From: Mytilus trossulus
Taxonomy: Eukaryota
Length of the DNA: 64,000 nucleotides
Direction of reading: 5' to 3'
NCBI RefSeq assembly: GCF_036588685.1
Contig: NC_086376.1
Span: 91,181,630 to 91,245,629, forward strand
Below, one piece after another: positions 13,421 through 26,885 of the stretch (within the stretch, counting starts at the first letter, position 1; every line of letters begins with the position of its first letter). A model generated the notes under the pieces. It searched no databases. It was not told where the DNA came from and saw nothing but the letters and a program-made list of their open reading frames with translations. Position numbers and translations under genes: made by a program.

Positions 13421-15079
13421 ATCATTAATATACTTATTATTATTTTATTATTATTAGTAGTAGTAGTAGTATTAGAAGAAGTAGTACTTTCATTTATATG
13501 ATAACAAACATTTGTACAATTACGAAGAGTACTCTTTTTCAGTGAATAGGCAAAATAACTTTAGAGAAATGTGCACGTAATGAAAATAACCTATTGAAAT
13601 TTGGTGCCCTTTTGTACGTCCTGGAAATATTTTTAGAATTGACTTCTTGCGTACATAAAAATAGTCTGGTATATTTGGTGTGTTTGTTTTAGATAAACAA
13701 ATGCGCGTGTATTGCTTATCTTCACATATGTATCATAATAACATAGAGTAAAATATCAAAATACACAAATAAATAAGAATATTCATATGAAAGTGTCTGA
13801 TTTAGGACATCCATCTTAAGTATATAAACTCATCATAGATACCAGGACAAAATTTAGTATTTACGCCAGACGCGCGTTTCGTCTACAAAAGACTCAGCAG
13901 TGACGCTCGAATCCAAAAAAGTTAAAAAGGCCAAATAAAGTACGAAGTTGAAGAGCATTGAGGACCAAAATTCCTAAAAGTTTTGCCAAATACAGCTAAG
14001 GTAATCTATGCCTGAGGTAGAAAAGCCTTAGTTTTTCAAAAAAATCAAAAATTTGTAAACAGTAAACTTATAAATATAACCATATCAATGACAATTCATT
14101 ATTCATTATCATACATTATTCTACCTTGTATCAATGAAATAGTATGTTCTCTACTTACAGCCTTGGACTGTTTTCTGTTCATTGATTAGGCTGTTGTCTC
14201 TTCGACATAATTCCAATTTCCATTCTCAATAGTATTTAATGATACATATATTCATTCAACTAAATGTTTCGATTCCAATTGCACGAAACTTTAGATTACA
14301 AATTGTAAGATTATTTGAAGCTTTAAAGCCCTTCGGGAATGGTGTACTTCTGTCAGTTGTAATAGTAATGTGTATGCCATGTTCGTGATTAATTTTAAAA
14401 ACCTGTATTTTGGGAATTTAGAATGTTTGTACGCTGCTGGTATATCATCAATCTACTAGGGTACCAGCCTCTGTCCCTTATAACTTCAAATGGGGAATAA
14501 TTTAAACAAATCATGTCCCTGTTTAGTTCCAATTATTATGTCTTTATTAAAATAGAGATAATTAATTTTCTAGTTCTGATCATTTTGCGTCTGTACTTAT
14601 CGTTCTCCTTAGTAAAGTTAATTTAAAAAATGTTCTTCTCTAAAAAAACAATTTTAGTCAAACTTTTCTACTTTTTGGTCAATACCTCCTAATTACAAGC
14701 CTTCCATGGTAAGTAAATTAACATAGGTATAAAAAGTTAGTCAAATGTCAAGAAAGCAAAGGAGATAGAGAGAATATGACAAAACTATATTGGCACAGAA
14801 TGTCACGTTCTATTTACAATGTATTCCTCAGGAATATATTACCTTAGCTGTATTTGGCAAAACTTTTAGGAACTTTAGGTTCTCAATGCTCTTCAACTTC
14901 GTATTTCATTTGGCCTTTTAAACATTTTTTGTATCGAGCGTCACTGATGAGTCTTTTGTAGACGAAACGCGCGTCTGGCGAATATATAAAATTTTAATCC
15001 TGGTATCTATGATGAGTTTATTTCCACCAAAATTATCAGATGATATTGATCGAAATTGTTCAGAGATGATTTTCCAGCA

Positions 15080-18000
15080 TAGTCCAGCGGATATCAGAAT
15101 AATTGATCACTTTATGGTAAAAGCATGAAACTTGGCATAGGGAAAGATTAAGGGGTATAGACAAAATTCAGATATGGAGCCACAAAAAAAAATCCAATAT
15201 GGCCGCCAAATTCAAGATGGCCGACATAAGTATAACATAATTCACTTGATGAAGTCTTCCAATTTTAATGAGTTCAGAAGATGTCACAAACTTAAGGAAA
15301 AACAATTAAGATATGTCAATTATTATTTTTTTTAAACCTAATAACACAGAAATCATCAAAATGGCGTCCAAATTCAAAATGGCGCGTCAAAATGTCTAAG
15401 TTTGACAGTATTCGTATGTATACACCATCATTGTGTGATAGAAAGTTACCAAATCCGTGAAACTGGATAATTTGATATCGACAAAGGCCTACAATGTATC
15501 ATTGATACCTGGGTGCATAGATAATATTTTCAAAATGGCGGCAATATTCAAAATGGCGCCGTTTAACATGTGAAAATTTGACGTTTGTTTTTAAATATGT
15601 TATAAAAATAATTAAAAAATAATGGATCAATTATTTCAATACAAGCACGTATATACAAACATATTATTATTTAATGTAACAGGTGACATTAACTATGAAA
15701 TAAAAAATGTCTGATACAACTCAAAGTGGTGTCTTTGACGAGTTCTTATTTTTCACAGCTATAGGTAATGACCTTAATAGAAAATTTCACAATTTTCCTG
15801 AAATGAAAAAAAAACCCAACATATGCAGTATTGAATCAGTGCACAGAGTATTTCTTTTTTAAGAAATGAGATAAGAAATAAAAAAAACCTCACAAGTAAC
15901 TATTTAACATAACAACAGTTTAAAATTATTATTAAAATATGATACAAATGCAGGAAAATCAAAAGAAAGCATAGTCTTAATCAGTTTCTCTTTCACAGTC
16001 CGGTGAGCAGTTTCATAATGCTGTGCATTTTAATGCTGCTTTCAAGAATTTACATGCATGACATTGAAGCTTCAGCAAGCACAGACCAGAATGGTACCAT
16101 CAAGTTTTTGCCAACCAAATAAATCTGGTGAAGGCATACTTTGATTTGCAACTAAACAATTGCCCTAAATAACACTACCTTGGTAAGCTGCACGTTTCGT
16201 ATGTTCAATAAAGAAGTGCATCTCGTGTTGGAGGAATATTGTCAATTGTTCTTGTCTTCTGCGTGAAAAACTGTTTCCTTAACTCATTCACCATATAAGC
16301 TGTACTAGACCGATCATACAAAAGATCAATATATCGTTCTATTACTTTTCACACTTTTAAAATGTCCCCTTCATTTGGATTCTCGATAACCTGCAGAAAT
16401 GCTTTTGACAACTCCTCATATACGAACCATGTGTCCCAAGCTGATTTCTTACCTTTCCCAGAAAAAGCTGAGACTGTGTCACAACTGGTAAATGAATGGA
16501 ACAGTGGAAAGACTTTCAATTTCAATGGTCCTAGAGCAAGGCACAATCCATGGATTGAAATATATCGGAAGTTCTTTCCAGTGTCAAATCCTATCCACAG
16601 CTGTTCATTCATTTGAAAAAAGACACTCTCTTTGACTGGCATTTCAACATAGGTTCAGATTGGTCAAATGTTTGAACAACGCCTTGAACATCCTCTGAAA
16701 TATGTTGGAATAAAGATATACCTGTACCATAGAATGAATCTTTTAACGAGATACTGCTTGAATTGTGTTCAAGGTTGTCTACAGCAGATGAAGTAAACAC
16801 ATTTCGTAGTAGATTGGTAGTGCAAACAATACCTTTTTGGACATAACGACGACAAGCATCATTGGCCATGGAAGTATAATTTTCTAATCCTCGGTCGTAG
16901 GAGACAGACAGTTCAAGTTTGAAGAAAGTATCTACTAGATCACGTTTTCTAGTCTTAATCTGGATCGTGATTCCCAAATAAGCACAAACTGGAGGTTCAT
17001 GATCTTTCATGTGACGGTTGGATAGTTTCTTTGTACAACTATACATCAGAAGCTGTGCTATTGTTAATGTCGACTGAGAATATGAACGATCCTGAATGTT
17101 GGGTCCAAACTGAATGATACTGACCAAAGAAAGCAATGACTGAGGTACAGAAGCTGCCTGACATCCCTTTGGGAAGGTTCCTTTAAATTCTAAATTTGAT
17201 GCGAAAATATCTTTACGAACAAACCTAGCTGCTTTTGATATGTTGACAAACTCATTATCAAAGTCTTCTAAGCGGACTCTCTTCAATGCAGGACCAATGT
17301 CATCTTTGAAAGCAAGAATGTTTTCAAGGCCTTGTTTGTAAGCATCTTAGTTAGGGAAATAAGATACAATTATGTGTTTTAGTCGTGTACTATTAACTCG
17401 AGATGAAACATCTGCACCTATACATGTTGTTCTTTCCGTATAAAGTTTACATAGATCTGACAACTTGTAAACACTTATGGTCTCATCGCATGACCTTGTT
17501 TCATTTATATAGGAGACTAGTTCTGAAAATGTAATACCATGGATTTGACTTTCCTTCTTAGATTCGACATTATCATTTTTCATTTCAATTCGAGATGCAC
17601 GATTATATAAGGAAACTAAGCATTCAGAGTGGGACTTTGTTTCCTGTGCAATTAGATCACCAGTACTTAACTTTGCAAGTAACAATGTGTCATTTAATTT
17701 TATTGCACATTCTCTCACACGTGTATCTTGTCCAAACGTTGAGGACTCATGAAGGGCTTCTTGGCTATTTTCATTATGGAAAAAGTACACAGACGGGTTA
17801 CTGGTGGACTGAACGGAAAAGCTATGTATAGTTTTCTATGAGATGTGGTTGCTTTATTATCTATCCTCTCATGTGTTCGTATTTCTGCTCTATTCAACAT
17901 CGTCCTGTTCAGTTTTTAGTAGCAAGATTTGTGCCAACATGCCTTTTGGTAAATGAAAGACTGTGCTATTTCAGATCCCTCATCTAAGTTTTCAATGCAC

Positions 18001-18856
18001 ACATTAATGCCTTCAGTCATCAATCGTAATTCATGAAACTTCTTAATATTGTCAGCTAAAGATTGATAACCAGCACCAACATTTAGACGTTTAGAATCAA
18101 ATGGGCATATAAGTTTTTCATCTATAATTTCTTGGCATAGGATGCAATTTGCCCAATCAATATTATTTGATTTAGTCGGTTTGTCATATTCTACACTTAA
18201 TACCCTGAATGTCTTTTTAGTAGCCATGTTGTAAAAACTCTGATCGTAAATTGGTTTATATATTCCTTGAGGATAACTTCTGTATGCCAGATGCGTATTT
18301 CGTCTACAAATGACGTATCAGTGACGCTAACAGCTTTCTAGATATAACCGACATAGTTTCTGATAATGAGACTTTTGGCGGCCATTTTGAATTTGTCGGC
18401 CATTAAGGAATTATTTTTGATTGTTCAATATTCAGAAAAGATTAATTAGCATCATAACTAGCAATATGATAAGTTTTGAGCTTTTATTTTCAAATGATCA
18501 ATTGTATCATTTTTTTTACTCTGCCTCATGACTATTGGCGGCCATTTTTAAATTTGGCGGCCATTATGGATTTTTTATTATTGTTCCATATTCAGAAAAA
18601 AATAATAATCATCATAACTGGCAATATGCAAAGTTTTTGTGCTTTTATATTCAAAATATAAATTATACTATATTTTTGGACTCTGCTTTATGACTGTTGG
18701 CGGCCATTTTGGAATTGGCGGCCATTGTGGAATTTTTTTTGATGGCTCCATATCCAAAAATGTTTATAAGCATCATAACTAGCACTGTGCAAAGTTTCAT
18801 GCTTTTACCATAAAGTGATCAATTGTCCCAAAATATTGGATTTAGCTGCTGGACTA
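15080..18856 (-). mobile_element. Academ (AcademX-type) DNA transposon, decayed
   Basis: Termini TAGTCCAGC...GCTGGACTA with a 3-bp TSD GCA (15077-15079, 18857-18859). Long subterminal inverted repeats AATTGATCACTTTATGGTAAAAGCATGAAACTT and multiple AAAATGGC(C)GCC motifs at both ends. The internal protein has an XPG-like motif. Confidence 0.8.
15978..18227 (-). pseudogene. Disrupted Academ transposase/XPG-domain protein
   Basis: Consecutive same-strand ORF pieces at 18227-17916, 17790-17347, 17286-16609 and 16642-16349. They include FHSFTSCDTVSAFSGKGKKSAW (XPG/H3TH-like) and a decayed C-terminal Cys-rich KAALKCTAL segment near 16000-16060. Stops and frameshifts separate the pieces. Confidence 0.8.
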
Positions 18857-19029
18857 GCAATATATTCTGCACATTTATGATTGATTGAATATCAGTATGA
18901 CATAAAAAAAAGATTTAGCACAAAAATGTTAGTATTCAACGCAGAAACTAACAAAACCTTTAAATAGACTTATTAAGAAGGGATATAGTTACGATACTGT
19001 TGTCAGGTCATTAAAGATTGCATATTTTG

Positions 19030-20282
19030 GCGTTAATATTGATTCACTTATAGGGTCTTTGCATCGGAACTAAAAGCATTTATTCAAAAACCAGTTGTTG
19101 GCAGGACACGGGTTATGTTCTTCTCATATATGTTATGATGGTATGATACTTAACCCCTAACGGGAAGGATTGTGCCTGATATTCATATGATGAAATCACA
19201 ATCTTTCAATCATTTTAATTGAAGTCTGGAGCTGGCATGTCAGTTAAGGTGGTTCGGGTGTCTTCCTCCATCTTGGATTTTGAACAAGCAGAAAGCTTTG
19301 GTCTATATATTTGATGAAATGTAAAAATTTTGAAAGTTGTATGTAAATTATGTAAAAGACTTTAGATATAAATATAGAAAATTGTGTGTTTAAACATAAT
19401 TGGAGTTGTAATTTTGCAAAATCACCTTGTTTGTGTTTAATTAGATTTTTTCAAACTTTGCCAAATATGGGGAGATAACGCCAATAAAGTCAATTTTTAC
19501 AATAGAAAGAGTTATGAATTTACCTATTTCGATATATAGCAAGAAAACATGTTCGGTGACCCCATTTTTTCTTTTGCTTATCTGAAAGCATGTTATAAGA
19601 GCAATATTCTCATATTTTATCTTAAAGTTCTTATAGTACCTTTTCGTTTTATCACCCAAAATTTGATTTTCCATGAATAATATATTTACAAAATCTGACA
19701 ATTTTGCGAAACCTGTAGCGTGAAAAAAAGTACGGTGACCCATACTTTTTAATAAAGTTTTGAAAAAAGCATGATAAAAGCTTCATTTTGACAATTTATC
19801 AAAAAATTCTGTCAGTTTTAATTAAGACGCCCCGCCACCTTAACTGCTATTAGTCTGTTGTTATTTATGTATAATTGTCATTTTGTTTCTTTTCTTTGGT
19901 TACATCTTCTGACATCAGACTCGTACTTCTCTTGAATTGAGTTTTAAATGTACGTATTGTTATGCGTTTACTTTTCTACATTGGCTAGAGTTACAGGGGG
20001 AGGTTGAGATCTCATAAACATGTTTCACCCCAGGAGCCTCTGGTCTTTGTTAGTCTTGTATTATTTTAATTTTAGTTTCTTGTGTACAATTTGAAAATTA
20101 GTATGGTGTTCATTATCACTGAACTAGTATATATTTGTTTAGGGGCCAGCTGAAGGACGGCTCCGGGTGCGGGAATCTCGTTACATTGAAGACCTGTTGG
20201 TGACCTTCTGCTGTTGTTTTTTTTTCTATGGTCGGGTTGTTGTCTCTTTGATACATTCCTGATTTCCGTTTTCAATTTTATT
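19030..20282 (+). repeat. Dispersed repeat (family D) interrupted by a TTAA element
   Basis: The 3' part, GGGTTGTTGTCTCTTTGACACATTCCCCATTTCC...CAATTTTAT, is shared with 7925-8216 and 14160-14230. The sequence rejoins as CAG-TTAA-CTGC across the insertion. Confidence 0.65.
19248..19839. mobile_element. Kolobok-like non-autonomous element (592 bp)
   Basis: TTAA TSD (19244-19247, 19840-19843). TIR GGTGGTTCGGGTGTCTT / AAGACGCCCCGCCACC, with purine-purine termini. Confidence 0.75.
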
Positions 20283-21284
20283 TACAAAAAAACTTAAAAG
20301 ATTGACAAATATCTAAATCCATCATTGACCGAGTAGAAGAGTAATTGACCATGAAATCGTATGATACTTCAACTCGAATGAAAATAAGAAAATGTTTTAT
20401 TCAATTTAATTTTATAAAAAAAGTCGTTTATAAATTTGTCATAAATATTGAATATTAAAAAACACAATACCGCCAGACGCGTGTTTTGTCTATATGAGAC
20501 TCACCATTGACGCTCGAATTATATTTTTTTTTCAAGTTGGCCCTGTTTTCATTGTATCTTAGGTTTTATCCATGTTGTAAGATGGTCATATGATATATGA
20601 TAGGAACCGTTTGGTTTACTAGATAGTGTAATACAAATAAAATTTGTATTCCAGCGAATGTCATTTTTGAAATGTTTTGTCCGTTAAATGTGCTACCATG
20701 AAATAACCGTATAAGGCGTACACGTGAAATCTTTTTTTTACAAAATTAATATATCAGTTTTAAGTTATATGTTAGACACACACAACAAGTCGTTATTATA
20801 ATCGAATGCCATCAAAAATATCATATGCATAGTGACGTGCACAAATTTTACTCTTATATTAATCAACCTTTAGAGGCGCGGTCTCTACTAAAACATAATT
20901 TTCTAATGGTATCAAACCATAATAAAAGACTTCAAATACTTTATTCTATTATGTAGTGATATTCAATCACACAATTTGCATTTAAGCAAAAAAATTGCTG
21001 ATAAATACGTTTCTTAATTTGTTTATTTCTACTTTGTATTTTAATGTCGTTATTATCATTTTATGAATTATAATAAATCCTATCACAATAAATATACTGT
21101 GATTTATAGTAAATTGCATCTATAATTATAATGTAGAGACAAAATAAAATGCTTGTAAGAAAAGCATAAAGTTAACATAACTTAGTCGTAATACCAGTGA
21201 CTGTGTATGGCTGTTTCATTACATCTTTGATTAACAGTTTAAAAAATATTGAAAAACATAACACAGAAAAATACCTGAACGAGA

Positions 21285-23985
21285 TTGGATATTTGGCAGT
21301 TGTTTTCCATTCCTTCCTTTTGTAGGTATAGTCTAACAGGTTCGGTATATGGCAGTTGTTTTCCATTCCTTCCTTTGGTAGGTAAAGTCTAACAGGTTGT
21401 ATATATGGCAGTTGTTTTCCATTCCTTCCTTTGGTAGGTAAAGTCTAACAGGTTGGATATATGGCAGTTGTTTTCCATTCCTTCCTTTGGTATGTATAGT
21501 CTAACAATTGATATATGGCAGTTGTTTTCCATTCTTTCCTTTGGTAGGTATAGTATAACAGGTTTGATATATGGCAGTTGTTTTCCATTCCTTCCTTTGG
21601 TAGGTATAGTCTAACATTTCATATAAGCAGTTGTTTTCCATTCCCTCCTTTGGTAGGTATAGTCTAACATTTGATATATGGCAGTTGTTTTCCATTCTTT
21701 CCTTTGGTAGGTATAGTCTAATATTTGGTATATGGCAGTTGTTTTCCCTTCCTTCCTTTGGTAGGTATAGTATAACAGGTTGGATATATGGCAGTGGTTT
21801 TCCATTCCTTCCTTTGGTAGGTATAGTATACCAGGTTGGACATATGGCAGTGGTTTTCCATTCCTTCCTTTGGTAGGTATAGTCTAACAGGTTGGATATA
21901 TGGCAGTTGTTTTCCATTCCTTTCTCTGCTAGGTATAATCTCACATCTGTTATACGGCAGTTGTTTTCCATTCCTTCCTCTGGTAGGTATAATCTAACAT
22001 TTGATATATGGCAGTTGTTTTCCATTCCTTCCTTTGGTATGTATAGTCTAACATTTGATACATGGCAGTTTTTTTCCATTCCTACCTTTGGTAGGTATAG
22101 TCTAACAGGTTGGATATATGGCAGTTGTTTTCCATTCCTTCCTTTGGTAGGTATAGTCTAATATTTGGTATATGGCAGTTGTTTTCCATTCCTTCCTTTT
22201 GTAGGTATAGTCTAACAGGTTGGGTATATGGCAGTTGTTTTCCATTCCTTCCTTTGGTAGGTAAAGTCTAACAGGTTGGATATATGGCAGTTGTTTTCCA
22301 TTCCTTCCTTTGGTATGTATAGTCTAACAATTGATATATGGCAGTTGTTTTCCATTCTTTCCTTTGGTAGGTATAGTATAACAGGTTTGATATATGGCCG
22401 TTGTTTTCCATTCCTTCCTTTGGTAGGTATAGTCTAATATTTGGTATATGGCAGTTGTTTTCCATTCCTTCCTTTGGTAGGTATAGTATAACAGGTTGGA
22501 TATATGGCAGTGGTTTTCCATTCCTTCCTTTGGTAGGTATAGTCTAACAGCTTGGATATAACGCAGTTGTTTTCCATTGCTTTCTCTGCTAGGTATTATC
22601 ACACATCTGTTATATGGCAGTTATTTTCCATTCCTTCCTCTGGTAGGTATAATCTAACATTTGATATATGGCAGTTGTTTTCCATTCCTTCCTTTGGTAG
22701 GTATAGTCTAACATTTGATATATGGCAGTTGTTTTCCATTCCTTTCTTTGGTAGGTATAGTCTAATATTTGGTATATGGCAGTTGTTTTCCATTCCTTCC
22801 TTTGGTAGGTATAGTCTAACATTTGATAAATGGCAGTTGTTTTCCATTTCTTCCTTTGGTAGGTATAGTCTAACATTTGATAAATGGCAGTTGTTTTCCA
22901 TTCCTTCCTTTGGTAGGTATAGTCTAACAGGTTCGGTATATGGCAGTTGTTTTCCATTCCTTCCTTTGGTAGGTATAGTCTAACATTTGATATACGGCAG
23001 TTGTTTTCCATTCCTTCCTTTAGTAGGTATAGTCTAAAATTTGATATAAGGCAGTTGTTTTCCATTCCTTTCTTTGGTAGGTATAGTCTAACATTTGATA
23101 TAAGGCAGTTGTTTTCCATTCCTTCCTTTGCTAAATAAAGTCTAACATTTGATGTAAGGCAGTTGTTTTCCATTCCTTCCTTTGGTAGGTATAGTCTAAC
23201 ATTTGATATATGGCAGTTGTTTTCCATTCCTTCCTTTGGAAGGTAGAGTCTAATATTTGGTATATGGCAGTTGTTTTCCATTCCTTCCTTTGGAAGGTAG
23301 AGTCTAACATTTGATATAATACAGTTGTTTTCCATTCCTTCCTTTGGTAGGTATAGTCTAACATTTGATATAAGGCAGTTGTTTTCCATTCCTTCCTTTA
23401 GTAGGTATAGTCTAACATTTGATATAAGGCAGTTGTTTTCCATTCCTTCCTTTGGTAGGTATAGTCTAACATTTGATATAATGCAGTTGTTTTCCATTCC
23501 TTCCTTTGGTAGGTATAGTCTAACATTTGATATATGGCAGTTGTTTTCCATTCCTTCCTTTGGTAGGTATAGTCTAACATTTGATATATGGCAGTTGTTT
23601 TCTATTCCTTCCTTTGGTAGATATAGTCTAACATTTGATATATGGCAGTTGTTTTCCATTCCTTCCTTTGGTAGGTATAGTCTAACATTTGATATATGGC
23701 AGTTGTTTTCCATTCCCTCCTTTGGTATGTATAGTCTAACATTTGATATATTACAGTTGTTTTCCATTCCTTCCTTTGGTAGGTATAGCCTAACAGGTTG
23801 GATATATGGCAGTGGTTTTCCATTCCTTCCTTTGGTAGGTATAGTCTAACATTTGATATATGGCAGTTGTTTTCCATTCCTTCCTTTGGAAGGTATAGTC
23901 TAACATTTGTTTTCCATTCCTTCCTTTGGAAGGTATAGTCTAATTGTTGTTTTCCATTCCTTCCTTTGGTAGGTATAGTCTAATA
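21285..23985. repeat. 54/56-bp minisatellite, ~49 copies
   Basis: Unit TATGGCAGTTGTTTTCCATTCCTTCCTTTGGTAGGTATAGTCTAACATTTGATA (54 bp), with a 56-bp ...AACAGGTTGGATA variant. Confidence 0.97.
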
Positions 23986-25414
23986 TGTGATTTTGCCAAG
24001 TTTAATGGACTTTACCCTTTCTGAATTTACCTTGGATATAGTTTTCTTTTGTTCTACGGGAAAATCAGAAAGATAGAAAGAAAGCCAAACGTTAAGAGAT
24101 GGAATATATTCACAGTAGGTTTCAATACATTCGCGAACGCTCAAAATAATTATTGGATGAAAAGCGAATCTTTCTTTTGAAAGCAATACATGCCGTTTAA
24201 TAAAAGCGAATAGGGTTAATAATAAAATCATATGAACCCTCATTGGTAAAAAATTACTGATTTGGTATTGTTCGTTCAATTGTTTTCAAAAAGTAGCAAT
24301 TCAATTTGATAAGTTAATTTTAAAATATGTCTTGTATATATGGATGCTTGGTACAACTATCAAACAATAACTATATTATATGATTTAAAATATCAATATT
24401 TACAATAGTGATTGAAATTTCATAAAAATTCAACGAAGTAACTACTTATTTTCAAATTTTACTTATATGACGAATTATAATTGATTTCCTGTGGAACGAT
24501 ACTGGATTCATCTCATTAAGAGAAATTCCGCCGAAGTTTATTGTGAAATATTTTAATTTTAGATTCAAATGTGAATATCATGTTATATTTTTCTTTCAAG
24601 TATCTTTAAATTCAGAATTGAATGATGTTCTAGAAAAAAAAGTGTACAAAATAAAAGCAAGTGAATATCACATTTTAAGCAAGTCGTGTGCTTCATCGTT
24701 TAAATCTAAATCACTTGCTTTGATTTCGTATCTATTTTAAAAATCTGCATTCAATATAAATGATTGAATAGATTTTATAGATTATTCTGAATTATTGAAA
24801 ACTGATTCAAACATCAATACAGACACCTGACCTAAAGAAGCAAAGTATATAGGCTTAATTCCTTAATAGAGGGGAAGGCACAGTTTTATCAACGAAAATA
24901 TGTTGAAGACAGGACTTGATCCTGTATCAAAGTTTCTACACAATCTTGTCTTCGTCATTTGAAAAGAAGAGGACATACTTTCCGATTGTGGCAACCGTCA
25001 CCTTGTGAAAATACCAAAATCAACATGAAAGGGATTCTATGTCTTGATTTTCCTATTTAAAAATCTGTTATTTATTGACAAATAATTACACATAGACAAA
25101 TGTTTGCAGAATTATAAGGTATATGAAATGTCAACACTCAATTATAAGCTAATGAATGCCTTGTAGAAAGCTGTGAAAGCATTCTTCATTGGTGGAATTT
25201 CTCAGATTCACGTGAAGTTAAATATGATGTTTGATTGGCTTTTGACAAATTGTAAAGGCTTTCCACCCAGGAAAAGAGAATGTTTTCCAGAATGAAGGTC
25301 TAGATTTTGCTGTTGACATACATGAAGTGAAAACAAAATTATATCAAACACACTCAACAATAAGCATAGAAGACTAAAGGTCTGAATTCAACTTTGATCA
25401 AATCAACCTTGCTT

Positions 25415-26242
25415 GAATTGATTGATTGATTGATTATTGGTGATTTAACTTTTAAAGGGGCACTAGCTGTCAAATTCATGGTAACCGATTTGACTCAAAT
25501 TCTCATATTTGGTTTATAACAATGTAAAACATTTATCCAAACTATCAAAAGTCTAAAATAAACAGTTTACAGAGCATGGGGTAGATAATATATAGGTTCG
25601 TTTCGTGTGTATTTTAGTCCAGACGCCATCTAATTAACTATCGATTTGACCTCAGATGACCATATAAGCGATGTAAACAAAAATAAAGATACGAATAGAT
25701 TAAAACAACACGTGCAATTGCATTTTTATAGGTCTGTTTGATTTTATTTTATAGATTAAAAATAGATGTTTCTAATTGTTTTTAACCATATAAGAATGAT
25801 TTTATGTGCATCGAATTAGTTATCAAATGATTTACCGTAGTTTCACTTTCATTGTTGACATTCTTTTTATTTAAATAACCAGTACACGTACAATGCATGC
25901 GTTGTCAATCTCTAGCTAGGGGTTAACTTGAAGTTCACATGAATACCGGTTAGAATGATGATGACGTTTTCACTTGCAAGCGAATCAGTCAAAAATTATG
26001 TTTAATCGCTTATTTCAACAAAATTGAAGGAAATTGATTGCTAAAAGCAAATTATTATTTCATTATTCCAATTTGATTAATGATTGATCTAAAAAAAATC
26101 ATACTTTATTTTTTTATATATATCCTAGCTAGTGCCCCTTTAAGCGACACTTTTGGGCTATTTGAACTCACAATCGCAGTGTTGACTGGCTAGAGAATAA
26201 AGTAGTAGACCTATTTAGACAACTTGGCTACCGAGGCTCCCT
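25415..26242 (-). mobile_element. Decayed tRNA-headed SINE remnant hosting the TTAA element
   Basis: Minus-strand head GGGAGCCTCGGTAGCCAAGTTGTCTAA (box A-like) near 26240 and a (TCAA)n tail at ~25417-25435. Confidence 0.45.
25456..26139. mobile_element. Kolobok-like non-autonomous element (684 bp)
   Basis: TTAA TSD (25452-25455, 26140-26143). Perfect 13-bp TIR AGGGGCACTAGCT / AGCTAGTGCCCCT. Confidence 0.85.
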
Positions 26243-26379
26243 TGTTTGAATTAAGGTTCTAACAAAACCAAAGGACTATCAACAATCACCCGACATATAA
26301 CCCCAATTACAATGAATGATCTGCCAGGAGAACGTTTCGAATATTTCACATGTCTACAAACATCGTAGGATAGGAAAAC

Positions 26380-26885
26380 GAAAGAAGAAAGGATTGACAG
26401 GCAACACTATTCTATGTACAAAAATACAAAAACCCGTGTAGACAGTTTGTCAGGCATTATGCGTCAGTGTGGACGAAACTTTGGATAAGTATGTCATTCA
26501 AACAGTTCAAAGGAGGGCTGCGCTATACGGCACCAAGCGTCACACCCACAGATTATGTGTCACTGACATGATTAACAAATGGGGTTTGGAAAGTCTCCAA
26601 GAAAGACCCAGAGAGGCCAGGCTCGCAATGATGTATGTATTCGGGAAAGACAAAGTAGCAATCAACAAAGAAATGTATCTCCAAAGACAAACTAGAATAT
26701 CTAGAATATTAAGACACACACAACAGCATGGGTACAAAGCGGAACCAAAGACTGCAGGACAGGGTCCAAAGAGGAACCAAAGACTGCAGGACAGATTCCT
26801 TGTTGTGAACACCACCAAAAACTGGAACAGTTTCCCCCGGAGATCGCCACAGCACAGTCAATTGAGACATACAAACTAAAGATGA
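26380..26885 (+). mobile_element. Decayed 3' end of a CR1/L2-type LINE ORF2
   Basis: Translates ...VRHYASVW...IQTVQRRAA...VTDMINKWGLESLQERPREARLAMMY...TTKNWNSFP, typical of the post-RT region. Confidence 0.7.

Noticed and set aside
12376-13457. ORFs containing runs of X
   Set aside because: Artefacts of N gaps.
22610-23767. 385-aa ORF of MENNCHISNVRLYLPKEG repeats and overlapping ORFs
   Set aside because: A by-product of a 54-bp unit, which is divisible by 3. Several frames on both strands are open, 56-bp variants shift frame freely, and there is no unique coding flank.
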